Origin: Tubulanus polymorphus
Lineage: Eukaryota > Animalia > Nemertea
Reading direction: 5' to 3'
DNA length: 64,000 nucleotides
NCBI RefSeq assembly: GCF_964204645.1
Contig: NC_134026.1
Coordinates: 14,542,150-14,606,149 of the forward strand
Positions 35,372-48,330 of the stretch are shown one piece after another (positions within the stretch are counted from its first letter, which is position 1; each line of letters opens with the position of its first letter). The notes under the pieces are model-generated. The model was not told the origin of the DNA and ran no database searches. It saw only the letters and a list, made by a program, of their open reading frames with translations. Made by a program: the position numbers and the translations under genes.

Positions 35372-36786
35372 TTAAAATTTAAAATATAATACTCCTCCGA
35401 TTACAATTCCTATACAAGTTTTACTAATTTAGTATTTTCATGGGATTTATTATCATCATTTAGTTTAATTATTTCATGTTGAATATTATCAGTTTTAATA
35501 TCACCATGTGGGTGCCGTACGGCACCATTTCCTGATGTATTGTAATCTTTTATTTTAGAATCATTATTTAATTTAATATTATTAGTTTTAGTTTCAGTTG
35601 ATTGAATATGTTTTTTATTTTTTTCACCTTCCATTAATTTTGGAGCAGTAATAATCTTTTTATTTATATCATTTAATCCAAATGAATTATTTATTGTTGC
35701 AGTTTTAATTAGATTATTATAACCAATTATATTTCCCATCTTAATGACTAAATCATTCGAAATAATAAATAGATTAGGGCCTATACAATAATTTAATCTA
35801 ATATGTGATTTATCTAAATAATTTTGATACCTTACAATGTTTTCTGGAATCAATCCATTTTTATCATTATGAATTGAATCTTCAAATAATACTTTGAATT
35901 GTTTCTGTGTATCAAATGATGTATTTAAATTTCCAATTATTGGGGATCTTGTTTCAACTTGTGCACCTAAAATACATATCAGATAAGTTCTAATAGATTG
36001 ATTTATTCTTTCTATACCTGATTTAGTAAAACCTTCACTATTTTCTAAAATAAAATAAACCCAACCATTATTGTTTTCTTGTTTTAGATGATCATAAAAT
36101 TTCGGTAATTTATTGAAATTTAATGTTTCTAAATCCTTAGTTTCTATTTTATCATAACCTAATTTATTATTATAGATATTATAAAAACTATTAGATGGTA
36201 TGGGAAGTGCACAATATTCTGGAATCTTTTTAGGGCAAGGAAGTGATCTTATTGTTCCAATTTTTGTTCTAAAATGAGAATTATTTATATCTATATTAAA
36301 TTCATTACAAATTTTATAAAACTTTGATAAATAAATATTATTATCTAATTCTTTAAAATATCTAGATCCTGGTAAAGCACACTCTAATTCATTTTATTTA
36401 ATTCTGATTTGAAAGTATGTATGAAATCTAAATAAACTTTGAATTAATTTATATTTAGAATTATTCAAATGATCATTCCAACTAATTCCACAACCTGTTG
36501 TTGCACAATAAACAGCAAAATTTAATTGGTTCTGCCAATACTTCATATTAGATTTTAATAACCATTGTTTTTCATCTTTCAATTTTTTAAAATTAATTAA
36601 ATTTACATGAAATATATTTTCCATCTTTGCATTAAAATTATTAGTTTCAGTAACATAAATTTCTAAATTAGTTAATGAATCTAAAATTTCATTTCTATAT
36701 GTAATATCTTTATTAAAATCTATTGCTGGAATATTATATTTAATTGATTTATTATATTGGAAAGCTTTTGGAAAACTATCTACCAT
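35372..36786 (-). pseudogene. 433-aa conserved protein, copy B, frameshifted
   Basis: Same YWQNQLNFAVYCATTGCGISW motif as 5746-7047. Confidence 0.82.
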
Positions 36787-36802
36787 TTATATAATTAAAA
36801 AA

Positions 36803-38267
36803 TTAATAATTAACTAATTCTTTTAATAATTTATCTTGTTCTTCAACTGTTATATGGCCATTTAAACTTATTACATAATCTAGTGTATTCTTTAATTTAT
36901 TAATTTCTTTTATATTAGTTTTAATTTTTTCTTTATTACTTTTTATATTAATTTTGAACTTATACCAGTTAAAACACTTGAACTTAAACCTAACACGCCA
37001 ATTGATATAGCTAAAGGTGTTAAATGACTGAATATTGCTAGAAATGTTATTACAGAACTAATTGTAACCGAAACACTAATAATAAGATAATGTATAATTT
37101 TAGATTTTAAATATTTTTTCTTTTTTATCTTTAAGTCACGTTCAAATTCTAATATTTGTTTTTCTAGATATATTTTTAATTTAGTTTTATTTATATCATG
37201 ACGAATAATATCAATATAATCAACTTTATCTTCCATTTATTTAGAAAAAAAATTACTAATTAGTAAACTTATGAGCAACAAATATAACAATAACTGTTCC
37301 GCCTAAAATCCATATTATTTCATATTTCTTCTGTTCATTACTTGGGGTATAATAATCTGATATTGTAGGTTTATGTAGATGTAATTTTTCTTTATTGGTT
37401 ACCGCGTTATATAAACTCATTGCATCATCAACTGATTGAAAATCTCTATGTGAAATCTTCTGATCATATAATTCCTTGTTAATATAATCCATATAGTTTT
37501 GTCTCTTTTCACTATATTCTTCTGCTGCTTTATTGTATTTTTCTAATGCTAAGTGATGTCTTCTTTGTTCTCCTAATGAACTATTTTTATCAATATGCTT
37601 AAATAAATTACCACCACCAGTAAATGCTAAAGCGTTAACAATTGCCGATCCTATAATAGTTATAATCGCAGAAGCCAATTATTTAGCAAAAAAATTATGC
37701 ATTTATATGGGAGGAATATATTTTTGTTTTTTCCAAATAATCAATAGTTAAATAAGATAAAGTAACTGCTAACGTTAATTTTAAGATATCATTTATATCA
37801 AATCTATCAACATTAACACTTCCCATTTTGAATACTTTTTTTAATACCATTGAATAACCAACAGTTCCAACAGATAGTAATGCTCCATTATATAATCCAG
37901 TTATTATCCACTTATTATCACTCATTTATTTATCAAAAAAATTACTATCATCAAAATATTTAGTTATCTTAGTGATGATTAATTCAACATTTATTTCATT
38001 ACTACTTTTATGATTATCATATATTTTGGATAATATGTTTTTAATATCATCAATAATTCCATCTTCATTTAATTCATAATATTCTAAAGGTGATTTAATT
38101 AAATCAATAACTTTTTCTATATTATAATTTTCTTTATTAATCATTGATGCATTGTTAAATGATTTACTTTTTATATCAGTAATTTCATCATTTAGTTTAA
38201 TTCTTATTTCTTTACCATGTTTAAAATCAAACCCAAAACATATACTCGGTCCAACAGTTATATTCAT
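36803..38267 (-). CDS. Copy B cluster of four small genes (homologues of the 113, 73, 140 and 144 aa proteins), some damaged
   Basis: ORFs 37926-38267, 37695-37925, 37256-37678 (start codon TTG) and 36943-37236 (frameshift) are colinear with 4265-5729. Confidence 0.8.
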
Positions 38268-38284
38268 TTATATAGTGAATAAAA

Positions 38285-39043
38285 TTACTCTCCACATCTT
38301 ATAACTAATTCATAAATTACAGGGAAATTATTTAAATCAATTAAGTATCCATTATGATTTCTAATTTCTAATCTAAAATTATTAAAACGAGGAATGCATG
38401 GTTTGAAATCACATTCTGTTAAATTATAATTTATTTGCGTTCCAAATTCTTTAACATTCTTCAATGGTAAAATGTTTAGTAAACCAGAATTACAAGTTAT
38501 ATCTTTAGTTGCTTCGAATGTTTTTGTAGGATCGATTAAATTGCAATAAATATAAAAGTGTGTAAAAGGTATTAAGTTTGGTGTAGCTTCAATATTTGTA
38601 AAAGATTTATCTGGAGGAATTCCTAACAGTTTAGCTATAGGTCTTTTTACCATAAATTTATGTTTTTCAATATCAGCCAACCTTATCTTTATTTTGTTAG
38701 AACTCTCACTTTTTAAAAATCTAATATTAAACCCGGAATTATTACCTGACTTGTGCCAGGCTTTTCTATTAATTTCTTGTGCCAATGTATCTAAATTATA
38801 TAACCCCGGGTTTAAATATATATAGGCCAATTCATTTTTATTTTTACTAAAAATTAAAAAGGCTCTATGTTCAACAGTTTTATTCGATATATTATAAAAA
38901 GAATTACATAAACTTATATTTTCTAATTTTAAATCAACACAATTTTTATATTCCCTATCTAATTGAACTAGTAAATTATGAGATTTATAATTTGTAAGCC
39001 TTCTAGAATCAACAAAAATTCTGTATTCTTTTTATTCCGCCAT
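38285..39043 (-). pseudogene. Minor capsid protein, copy B (stop at codon 4)
   Basis: ATG GCG GAA TAA; the remainder is homologous to 3487-4248. Confidence 0.78.
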
Positions 39044-39060
39044 TTATTTTACATATTTTC

Positions 39061-39419
39061 TTATTCGAAATCTATTTCATGGTGCCCTTTTTCATTCTTA
39101 CCTTTGTATACGAAATAGAAATCTCCAGAACATAATTTTTCTAAGTCTTCACTTGATAATCTATGAAATCTATCCGGTAAATATATTCTGAATTTATATG
39201 TATTTCCTTTTAATCCTTCATATTCTAAGTGTATAACTAATTTGTCTCCATATTTGTTAGTAACTGTATCAATATTTGTAATTAGATATTTCTTATGGAT
39301 TATTAATTCTTTTTTTTTAACTTCTTAAATTTATAATCTACTGATTTGACATTTGAAGTATCTTTTATTCTATCTAGAAATGATTTGTTGTTCTCACTGT
39401 GCACTTGTTTACTCTCCAT
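39061..39419 (-). pseudogene. OB-like small gene, copy B, frameshifted
   Basis: Homologous to 3128-3469; slip in the homopolymer at ~39310. Confidence 0.75.
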
Positions 39420-39448
39420 TTATAATACATATTTTTATTAAAATTTGA

Positions 39449-42400
39449 TTAACACGTTAGAATTCTTTTCATTATCTCGTTCTCTTTTGTTTGTTCTCTT
39501 TTAAATTTTAAGTATTCATCTAAATTACAACCATAAGCAACTGTATGAATTCCATCATCTAAAATATATATTTTATCATCAAATGGGTTTAGACAAATCT
39601 TTTCAATTTCTTCAATAAACATTTCATGATCTTCAGATCTTAAACATCCCATCTTATGTTTTCTAACTTCTTCATTGAATATACAATTGATGTAATCTTT
39701 GAAATGAATATTCTTTTCTACTACACTTTTGGTTATTCCTTTTAACTTTTTAGCTTCATGTTCTTTAGTTTTATATGAATACATTTTAGATCTAATACCT
39801 ATGAACTCTATAATTTCTTCACCACCTAATTCATCCTTAAACTTCCCTGGAACTTTTTTATTATCATTGCTAAACAATTCATGATCTTTAGGATAGTTAC
39901 TAAAATCAAAATGATGTTTTAATGTTTTTAAATCATCTGTTATGTTATTAGTTTTTATCTTTAATATGTAACTGTCAGTATCAAAATATAATATTTCTAT
40001 ATGTTTTTCTCCAAAAAGTGGTTGTAATACATTATAATAGAATTCATACATTAGTAATTTTGATAATTCTAAAACTGAAGCGCCAACATAGATTGGTTTA
40101 TTAAATTTCATTGATGTTCTTCTCATCTTAACTGCGGCTAAATTTTCATCAAATATTCTGTTACCAATGAACTTAGGATATGTTTGTAAATGCCTTATCC
40201 TTTTACCATTACTAACTAACTCAATATCATTTCTATTTCTAATATTTTCACAAGTCTTACCATAGAATGCATTATTCATTAACTTGAAGAAATCTTTCTC
40301 GATATCAGTTTTAGCTTCAGTTCTCTGTTTGGTGTTAAAATCTATATATTTTTCTAACCACTTAGATTGACTGAATGAAATATATCTACGTACTTTTTTT
40401 AGAACCATTCCTTGTTTTAGATAAAACTTTAACATTCTATAATGTACTACATAATTATATTTATCTTCCTGAGTTACCATTAACTTTTCTGTATGAATAT
40501 GATTTTCGGGTTTAATTCTTTTTTGATAATTTGATAATTCTTCATGAGTTACAGTTTTATGTTCTGGACAGTATGCTAGATTTCTAGATTTAAATTTAAT
40601 ATGTTCAGGATATTCCAAGTCTACAACAAAAAAGTAACCAGTATCTGAATCATCTGCAATATCTAGAATTATTTTCTTCCAATCAAATTTGTCATTATTT
40701 TCATGTTGTAAAACTTCACTTATTTCAAATACTCCATAAGGTTGTGGTTCCATCATTGCCCAACCATAAAAATTATTTGCATCTATATATAATAACTTAT
40801 ATCCAGGGTTATCATTTACATCGAAATATCTATCACCTAATACACCTGAAACTCCTCCTCTTATAGATTTTTCAAATAATAATAATTGATCTATATTTGT
40901 TAATAAATCCATTTTTATATCTGTAAATTTTAATCCACAATCCCATGTTAAACCTGGACTTGAATAACAATGACAAGGATCAATATTGAAATATTTTAGG
41001 TTTACATCTCTAAACCTTTCGAATATATCGGTTAATAATAATACATCTGATTTTAGATATAAATCTACTAATTGCCCATGATTTTTCATTCTAAAATGAT
41101 TCCAAATATTCAATGTTCTATTATATACTTCATCTTTAACATATTCATTTTTTAATTCATCATAGAATTGTTCTTTTAATAATTCAGTTATATTAAAATC
41201 ATTATGTGATTTATAAAATGAATATGGAATTGCGCCTTTATATCTCATTAATTCAAAATCATCATTATTTGGGTAGTGTTGCTTTAATATTTTTAATTCA
41301 TCATCAACTAATGATTTTGATAAGTTATCTAATGAACTATTTAAAAATCTATATGAATCTATAAATCTTAGGCAACCAAATTGGAATGATATATAATTCT
41401 CAGATGTTTTAGCTAACATTCTAAATTTATAAGTTGGTATTTTATCTTTTGATCTATTTGAATTTAATCTTTCTATTTCATTATTGATTTCTTCTATTTT
41501 ATGGCATAACTGTTTGATGAATAAATGCGCATCATATTCTGATAGATTATGAAATATAACTGGTACAAAGTTAATTTTCTTAGCTTGTAAGTTACAGTTC
41601 TCATGTGCAGCGCCTCTAAACTTTCCCGTTCAAATGATCATGGTCTCTTACTTTTTTATCTCTAAAATTAAATATCTTTTCACAATAATAACATTTATCT
41701 GTAAACACAAATTCTTCTTCTTCTGTCATAATTATTTTTTTATTTTTATTTAACTTTTCATAAAATTTTATTTCATATTCAATTAATAAGTCACAAAAAT
41801 GATTAATACCATTTTCATTTCTATAATGATAATATTCACTTTCAATTAGTTCTGGATAATCAGATTTAATATATAACCCGAAAGCAGCAGCTGATTGATG
41901 AATCTTTTTAATAGTATTTGTTTTTGGTGGTTCTTCTGAAAAATCATTTTCATTAGAATTTAATTTCTTTCTTTTATAATATATTTCTTTTCTATCTTGA
42001 TCAGTTAATTCTTTATTTGATGATTCAAAATCTCCATATATGACAAATGGAACTTTATTTTTGTAATCATATTTTTTGAATTCTAATATTTTATCCTTTT
42101 CATTTGGTAAAACTAATTTACAATAATCATGATTTTCACATAATTGTTTATGATTTAATAATGCACTTTCAGTTCTCAATTTATGTAAACATTTTCTACA
42201 TAGATATATTTTATTATCAAAATCATTTTCTGATTTAAAAAATAAATCAATTCTTTTAATCCACATATAATGATTCTCATAATATAATATATCTATAACA
42301 TCGTTTGAATCATAATCTTTTGATAGGTATAAAGGTTCTAATGTATAATCTTTTATATTGTTACCTTTTGTATTTGGTAATTTGATTGAATCAAATACAT

Positions 42401-43293
42401 TTATTACATATATTATTATCTCTTTCTATTTTTGGGATGTTTTTAATTATAACAGGATACTTATCTATCTTATAATTATTTTCATCTATTGGTTTTGATT
42501 TAGTTAACTTATTATATTTTGTGTTATAAACATGTAAAGTCATAAATATTATTTCATCAAATATTAAACCAGATCCTTCAAATTATTTCTCTTCTATTTT
42601 AGTTTTTACTTCATTATAACATTTATCTAATTTATCATCTATATGTTGTTTAGATATAATATGTTGTGAATGAGAATTTGTATTATATATTGGTTTATCT
42701 TCAGATTTTATAAACTTTACTTTAACTGATATACTAATTTTAGGATATTCAACATCAGTTATTATTTTTATTATTTCTTTCATATTTTCTAAATGTTTTT
42801 TATTTTCTTCTAATGTTTTTCCTTAGTGAAATTTAAACTCGATAGCTGCTGGGCCAATATCACTTTTAAATGCTTCGGTTATCTCTATATCTTTTTTATT
42901 ATCCAATAAATTAATATATTTTCTTACATCTTCCATGTATGGTCTTTTATTGTTTAATTTATTTTTTATGCTTTTAATTGTCTTCTGTTTCTTATCATTA
43001 TCTTTATCAAAATAATCTTCACCTAAAATATCATTATTCTTATTTCTAATATGACTTTTAGATTTTAAATGTTCTTTATAATATCTTTTATCACTGAATG
43101 ATTGATTACATGTATCACATTTATATATTTCTTTTTCATTCCTTAATTCATCTAATTTAGTTTCTAATATACCATCTTCATATTCTAATTTCAATTTATT
43201 CTCTAAATGTGTTTTAGTTTTATTGTGTCTTTCTTTTTGGGATTTATCTATATTGATATTACATGTTGGGCAGTAGTACTTATTTGCTTCCAT
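39449..43293 (-). pseudogene. Full-length pPolB, copy B, broken into four or more ORFs
   Basis: ZnF ORF 42823-43293, then 42583-42783, 41616-42266 and 39449-41419 join into one gene; YIDANN and YFDTDS are intact. Confidence 0.93.
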
Positions 43294-43370
43294 TTTAATA
43301 CTAAATTTTTTGTTAAAATTGATTTTAGAAGTTCAATGATTTATATTTTATTCATATATATGAATACTTT

Positions 43371-43598
43371 ACGACATCCGGTATATTTGAATCAGACTGG
43401 TTTTCCGTACTCGTCATTTTCGGTTTCTCTGGATCGGATTGCGTATTATCGCTCACATAATTTGCCACTTTGATGAGACAAAGTTTTTGCGAAGTCTCCC
43501 AGCTAAGTAACGAGCTACTGGGGCCAGACACAACGTATACGCTCTCCCTACGCGATTGCGCGATTGTTGCATAATTCAGCTTCGGTTTACCAAGCAGG
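43371..43598 (-). pseudogene. Gypsy protease C-terminus and linker fragment
   Basis: LLGK...YVVSGPSSSLLSWETSQKLCLI continues KPL(E) from 54024 across the transposon TSD. Confidence 0.75.
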
Positions 43599-46399
43599 TC
43601 CAAACACATTATTATTCGAAAATGGAATTATTAAATTCATGGAATCAATTGTAAAGCTGAAAAAAGAAAACGGTTTTGCTTCGGTCAAAGGATTGATAGA
43701 TAATTTGTTACCTAGCAGTGCGGGTTTGCATAGAACGTGTGATTCAGCTGTTAGCACTGACCGAGGCTACAATATTGTAACCTAGGTCGGTTCACTGCAC
43801 AACTTTTTTTGTAAACACTGACCGAGGCTACAATATTGTAGCCTAGGTCGGTTCACTGCATGACCATTGCTTGCGATTACTGGCCCAACCCCAGTCGGTT
43901 GTTTTTACAGTATTTGAAGTACTGGCCAATTGGATGTTACCATAAATAAACAGTATTTTGAAGATGTGGTGACAGAGAGAATCTGTTTTTATTTTGTCTT
44001 GAGAAAGTCCTACTGTTCGCTATTCTGTGTCAAAATATGAATTGAAATATAACGGATGGATTTAGTTTCCTTTCCCGATACTGTATTTATGCTTTTAATC
44101 ATGAAGGATAATTATGTTATAGCAATTATAGTGATAACCTACGACAGTTTCAGATTCACGTATTAGAAAACGACAATTACCTTTAAATTCCAAATTTCAT
44201 TTGGAAAGCGGCGTTTATGCGCACAATTCCTAAAATGTCAGAATTCCGAAAACTAGGGATTCACACGGTTAGAATGTTAACTAAATAAGTTTCGTCCGAG
44301 CAAATGATTACTATGAGAAACTAACGGCGAAACTTCACGGGTCGGTGCGATCTGTGCGCTGCATGAACGGGTTTTTGGTATCAAATGTAAAATATCGGCC
44401 GTGTACATGTTCGGATTCGTACCGATACATTGAGTTTAGTTCAATTGTTTGATCATTATAGTTTAGGAGCTCTGTGTGACGTCACTGAGCGCGCTGATCA
44501 AAAATAGTGTGCACACTGTGAGCATCACATGTTGCTTGGTTTTAAAGGACAGTGTGCTAATTGACTATACACGAAAATGGGCTTGACCAAAATTCTCTTC
44601 CTGACAGAGGAATGTATAATCGCACTGATATAGCTGTCCTGCTAGGTTGAAGGGTGTTTGAACTTCGCCGAATTCAGTTAAAATTCAATGAAATACCATA
44701 ATTAATAAAATCTTATTGACGGATATTTACCGCTATATCTAAGTTATTTTTCAGTGCGTTTTAAAATTACATTGAATTCATCGTTCGAGGTCAATGATGG
44801 CGCAAAACATTTTAAATTGAGTCTAGTTGGGAGAATATTCCTTTACTTTAGGGTGATTTAGTATTTTATGAATCAAGAAATTATTTACAATGGACTAATT
44901 TTCCGCTAGCAGCAAAACAACACACTGTTATCTGAACTGTCAATCATTACGTCGTGTCTAGTTTAACAAGTAGATATAGACTAAAAAAGGATGCGTGGTT
45001 CCCACGCGAGAACCAAACAAGACGGTTGTTAGTGGACGTACTCAAGTTGGATGGTCAGGAGTCAACAACGGTTTAAATAATTTATAAAAACAGATGTAAG
45101 CAGTTGTAAACTTGTGAACAGAGGAAATATCAACATATATACACAATTGTGTCTAACTTTCTCCTGTCTGGTTTTATGTTAAATATATATTTTGTTTGAA
45201 TAAATATTCAAATATCGATCCGGAAGAGCAATGCGGCCAACAACATTTTATTTTGAGTTTGAAAAAAAGACCTGTTGACTCGGTAAGACGGCTGTTCGAT
45301 TTACCGGGTGCTCACTACTATGTTTTAAATGGCTATGAAAACGGAGTCGAACCAAGAACAGCAATTAAGCTTGATGTCTCGTTTCCCTCACAGATGACAT
45401 ATATCAGAATCAGTTTTCTCAAAATATGTTTCTTATTGAAGTCCTTGATTCGTGCTTGAATATATACATAAGATTTTACAAATGAACACAAAGATATAAC
45501 AAGAATTGAGGTCTTGGTTATTTGGTGACAAGTCGAATCGTTTGGAACTAAGAAAAATCCTCAGACTTAGAAAAGTCTGACTTAAGTTGAATTTCCGAAA
45601 AGTACGACTACTAATTGTTTCTGTTATCGGAAATTAAATCAACATCTACATCTAATGTATCTATTGATACGAAACGGTTTTAGGACCGTAGATTGATTGA
45701 AAGTTACGGAGAGGGAGGGGTAGCTCTATCGCATTAAAATATTATTGCTCAGTTATACACATGGCATTCATCCATTTAGCTCAAACAACAAACACACTTC
45801 TGCGCAGAAAAATACCAAGGCTATATATGCTTAATCATGTATTTCATTGATACAGACAATAAAATCGCTGTCCGCATTTTGTCCCCTTGCTTATAAGTCA
45901 CGTTTGTTATCTAATACAAATTAATAAAGGTCAGCAGAATTTAAGGGCTTTCACCGTTGAGTAGTAGCCTATCTGCAATGAGGCCTGGTCATGCACATGT
46001 GTTATATTAGAAATACAATATAGCTTTTCAATTTTTTAGGCGAAACGTTGCTTTGAAAATATTCGCCGCGTCTTGATTTTCTTGAGGGATTTCTCTTGAT
46101 TGTTAAAATTATATCAAATCATCCTGTCTCAAAAAGTATGAAACCTAGAAATATGTAACCAATTTGGAATTGGATGAAAGGTTCAAATTCAAAATAAGCC
46201 ATTCGACCCTGTTATCAAACATATCAGTGTTCTTTAAAACACTTGTTAATCGGAGGATTTTTAAGCCGAGCTTCAAACATTTCGATTCCTGAACTAAAAT
46301 GATTATGTGGCATGTAATTATCCAAGACTATGAATACGTTTCAGGCAACCGTTTAAGGTGTTCCTTTTATCCGGGAAGGATTTGTTTCAATCTCACTTT

Positions 46400-48330
46400 T
46401 AGGATATCAACAGATCACTATGAAAAGTAACGGTATCGAGTGGTCGCTGGCAGATTTAGCAGTTAAAATCGCCACACGTGTTAAATGTTTGCATTGATAC
46501 AGGCGATTAGAGGGACACATGGCATCCACTGCATATAAAACAGTAGATAGATTTCTGGAGATTTGAAGTTTGGATGCTCTGATGAACTCTATCAGCTGTT
46601 GGTTAAAGCATAGCAGTGCTAAATTTCTATGGTTATAGTACATTGCAGGTGACCCAAATGATTCGCCTGCTGCCTGGATACTATAAACCTGGTACCTACG
46701 AGCATGGAATCTTTTAGATGGATATCTGGACGTTATAGTACAGTGTTCATGACTATAGAACCAGGTGACCCGAATTCCCCACCTGCCTGAAAATCTCATA
46801 GCGGAGGTAACGCGTATACCTTTGCTGCACACCGATCTCCTTGAAAGGTCAAAATGGTATTTTTGTGAAGAAGTAGACGGGATCTCCATCTGATTTAACA
46901 CAGGGTACATAAATATTTGACTAATACTTTTAAACAAGATTTCTTCAGAATAAAATCTACGTCCAAATATCTGGCTCTGGGCACTTTTTCTGATTCTCAC
47001 ATTCGGCAAAATATGGATCTTTTAGACTAACTCAAAAATCTCAAACCTAATGGCCAAAAAATTATATGTTTCGACGCTATATCCTTGTTTACAAATATAC
47101 CATTGGAACCAACTCTCAATTTATAAAGAAGAAAACTCCCGGACTCCAATCTTGATCTCCCGGTTCCTGTAGATTGCTTACTTGAACTTTTGGAGCTCTG
47201 TACAACCAATCTATACTTCCAATTCCAAGACAAATTCTATGAACAAATTTTGGGTTTCGCTATGGGCAACCCATTATCCCCTATTTTGGCTAATCTTTTC
47301 CTTGATCATTTTGAATGCGAAATTCTTCCGAAATAACGCTGGCTCTAAACCTAACTTTTGGATTGGATGTGTTGATGACATTCTGTGCTTAGTTTCTGAT
47401 GATTTTGATCTTAACTCTTTTATTGACTTCATCAACTCTCAATATCCATCTTTGAAATTCACATTTGAATGGGAACAAAATGACCAAATCCCGTTTTTAG
47501 ATGTTCTAATTCACAATAAATACTCTCATTTGTTTTCTCCAAGGCCTCTTTCTCCGTGCACTGCGAATTTCCGATGAACCCTTCCTTTCGGCTGAATTTG
47601 ACCACATATCGAACTCTCTTAAAAAATTGGCTTACCCTGATCACATTTTGAAAATCGCTATTTCTAAGGCTAAACGTACTTTCTTTAATTCTAAACCTCC
47701 AGAAAATAAAAAAACACATTTCAGAATTCATTGTAGTTCCGTATGTACCTGTTTTGGAAAAGTTTCGTCACTCTCTCCCTTTATTGGATAGACAAATCAT
47801 TTTCACGTATGAAAACAAAATTAGCAAGACTTTGGTAAAAAACAATCAATCTTAACCTTTGGACTGCGGAGTTTTCAAAATTCCTCGTTTTGGCTGTGAT
47901 AAAATGTACTTTGGAGAAACTGGTCGTGATTTAAAAACTCGAATTTCGGAACACAAAAAGGATATAATAAATCAAAAACCGGCTAGTGGTGTAGCCAATC
48001 ATGTTTGGAACACTGGTCATCGTTTTAATTTTGATAAAGCCGAAATTATTTATACTTCCAGCAATTACACTAAACGCCACACAGTTGAGTCTGCCCTAAT
48101 TACTCGTCACTCAGATATTAGTACAAATTTAAATAATGGCTTTTCTCCTCACAATTCCCTTCTTTCTAAGTATATTACTTCATGCCATGCCATACACTAA
48201 TTAGTTACTCACCCACCAATTTACTCAATTAACCTGTTCACCTCTTTATATATACCCTTGTTTTTAGCCAATATCTCACACCTGACGATGATCTCTAGTG
48301 TGAGATCGAAACGCCATGTTCTTACATTTT
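46400..48330 (+). mobile_element. Decayed Penelope-like element (RT plus GIY-YIG)
   Basis: FDAISLFTNIP, AMGNPLSP, VDD, FTFEWE...IPFLDVLI; GIY-YIG GVFKIP...YFGETGRDLKTRISEH (47859-48200). Boundaries approximate. Confidence 0.85.
48275..48320 (+). ncRNA. Minimal hammerhead-ribozyme-like core at the Penelope 3' end
   Basis: CTGACGA-T-GATCTC-tagtgt-GAGATC-GAAAC; the stem I partner is not evident, so it may be degenerate. Confidence 0.55.

Larger units (their letters stand above)
25665..43370. mobile_element. Polinton copy B, near complete (~17.7 kb), right terminal hairpin deleted
   Basis: Left end AGTAATAGGG sits in Gypsy RT; two convergent gene blocks (+ HNH, integrase, ATPase; - pPolB to MCP); sub-terminal TATTCATATATATG and CTTCTAAAATCAATTT occur inverted at 43310-43370. 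Confidence 0.93.

Noticed and set aside
1-43370. Copies A and B as inverted arms of one giant element, or a free viral/phage contig
   Set aside because: They are diverged, B has its own terminus inside a Gypsy element, and they are separated by a host exon and a LINE.
44000-46300. Short ORFs (e.g. 45196-45459; also 48841-49476 and 55431-57978)
   Set aside because: No recognisable motifs or support; consistent with chance ORFs.
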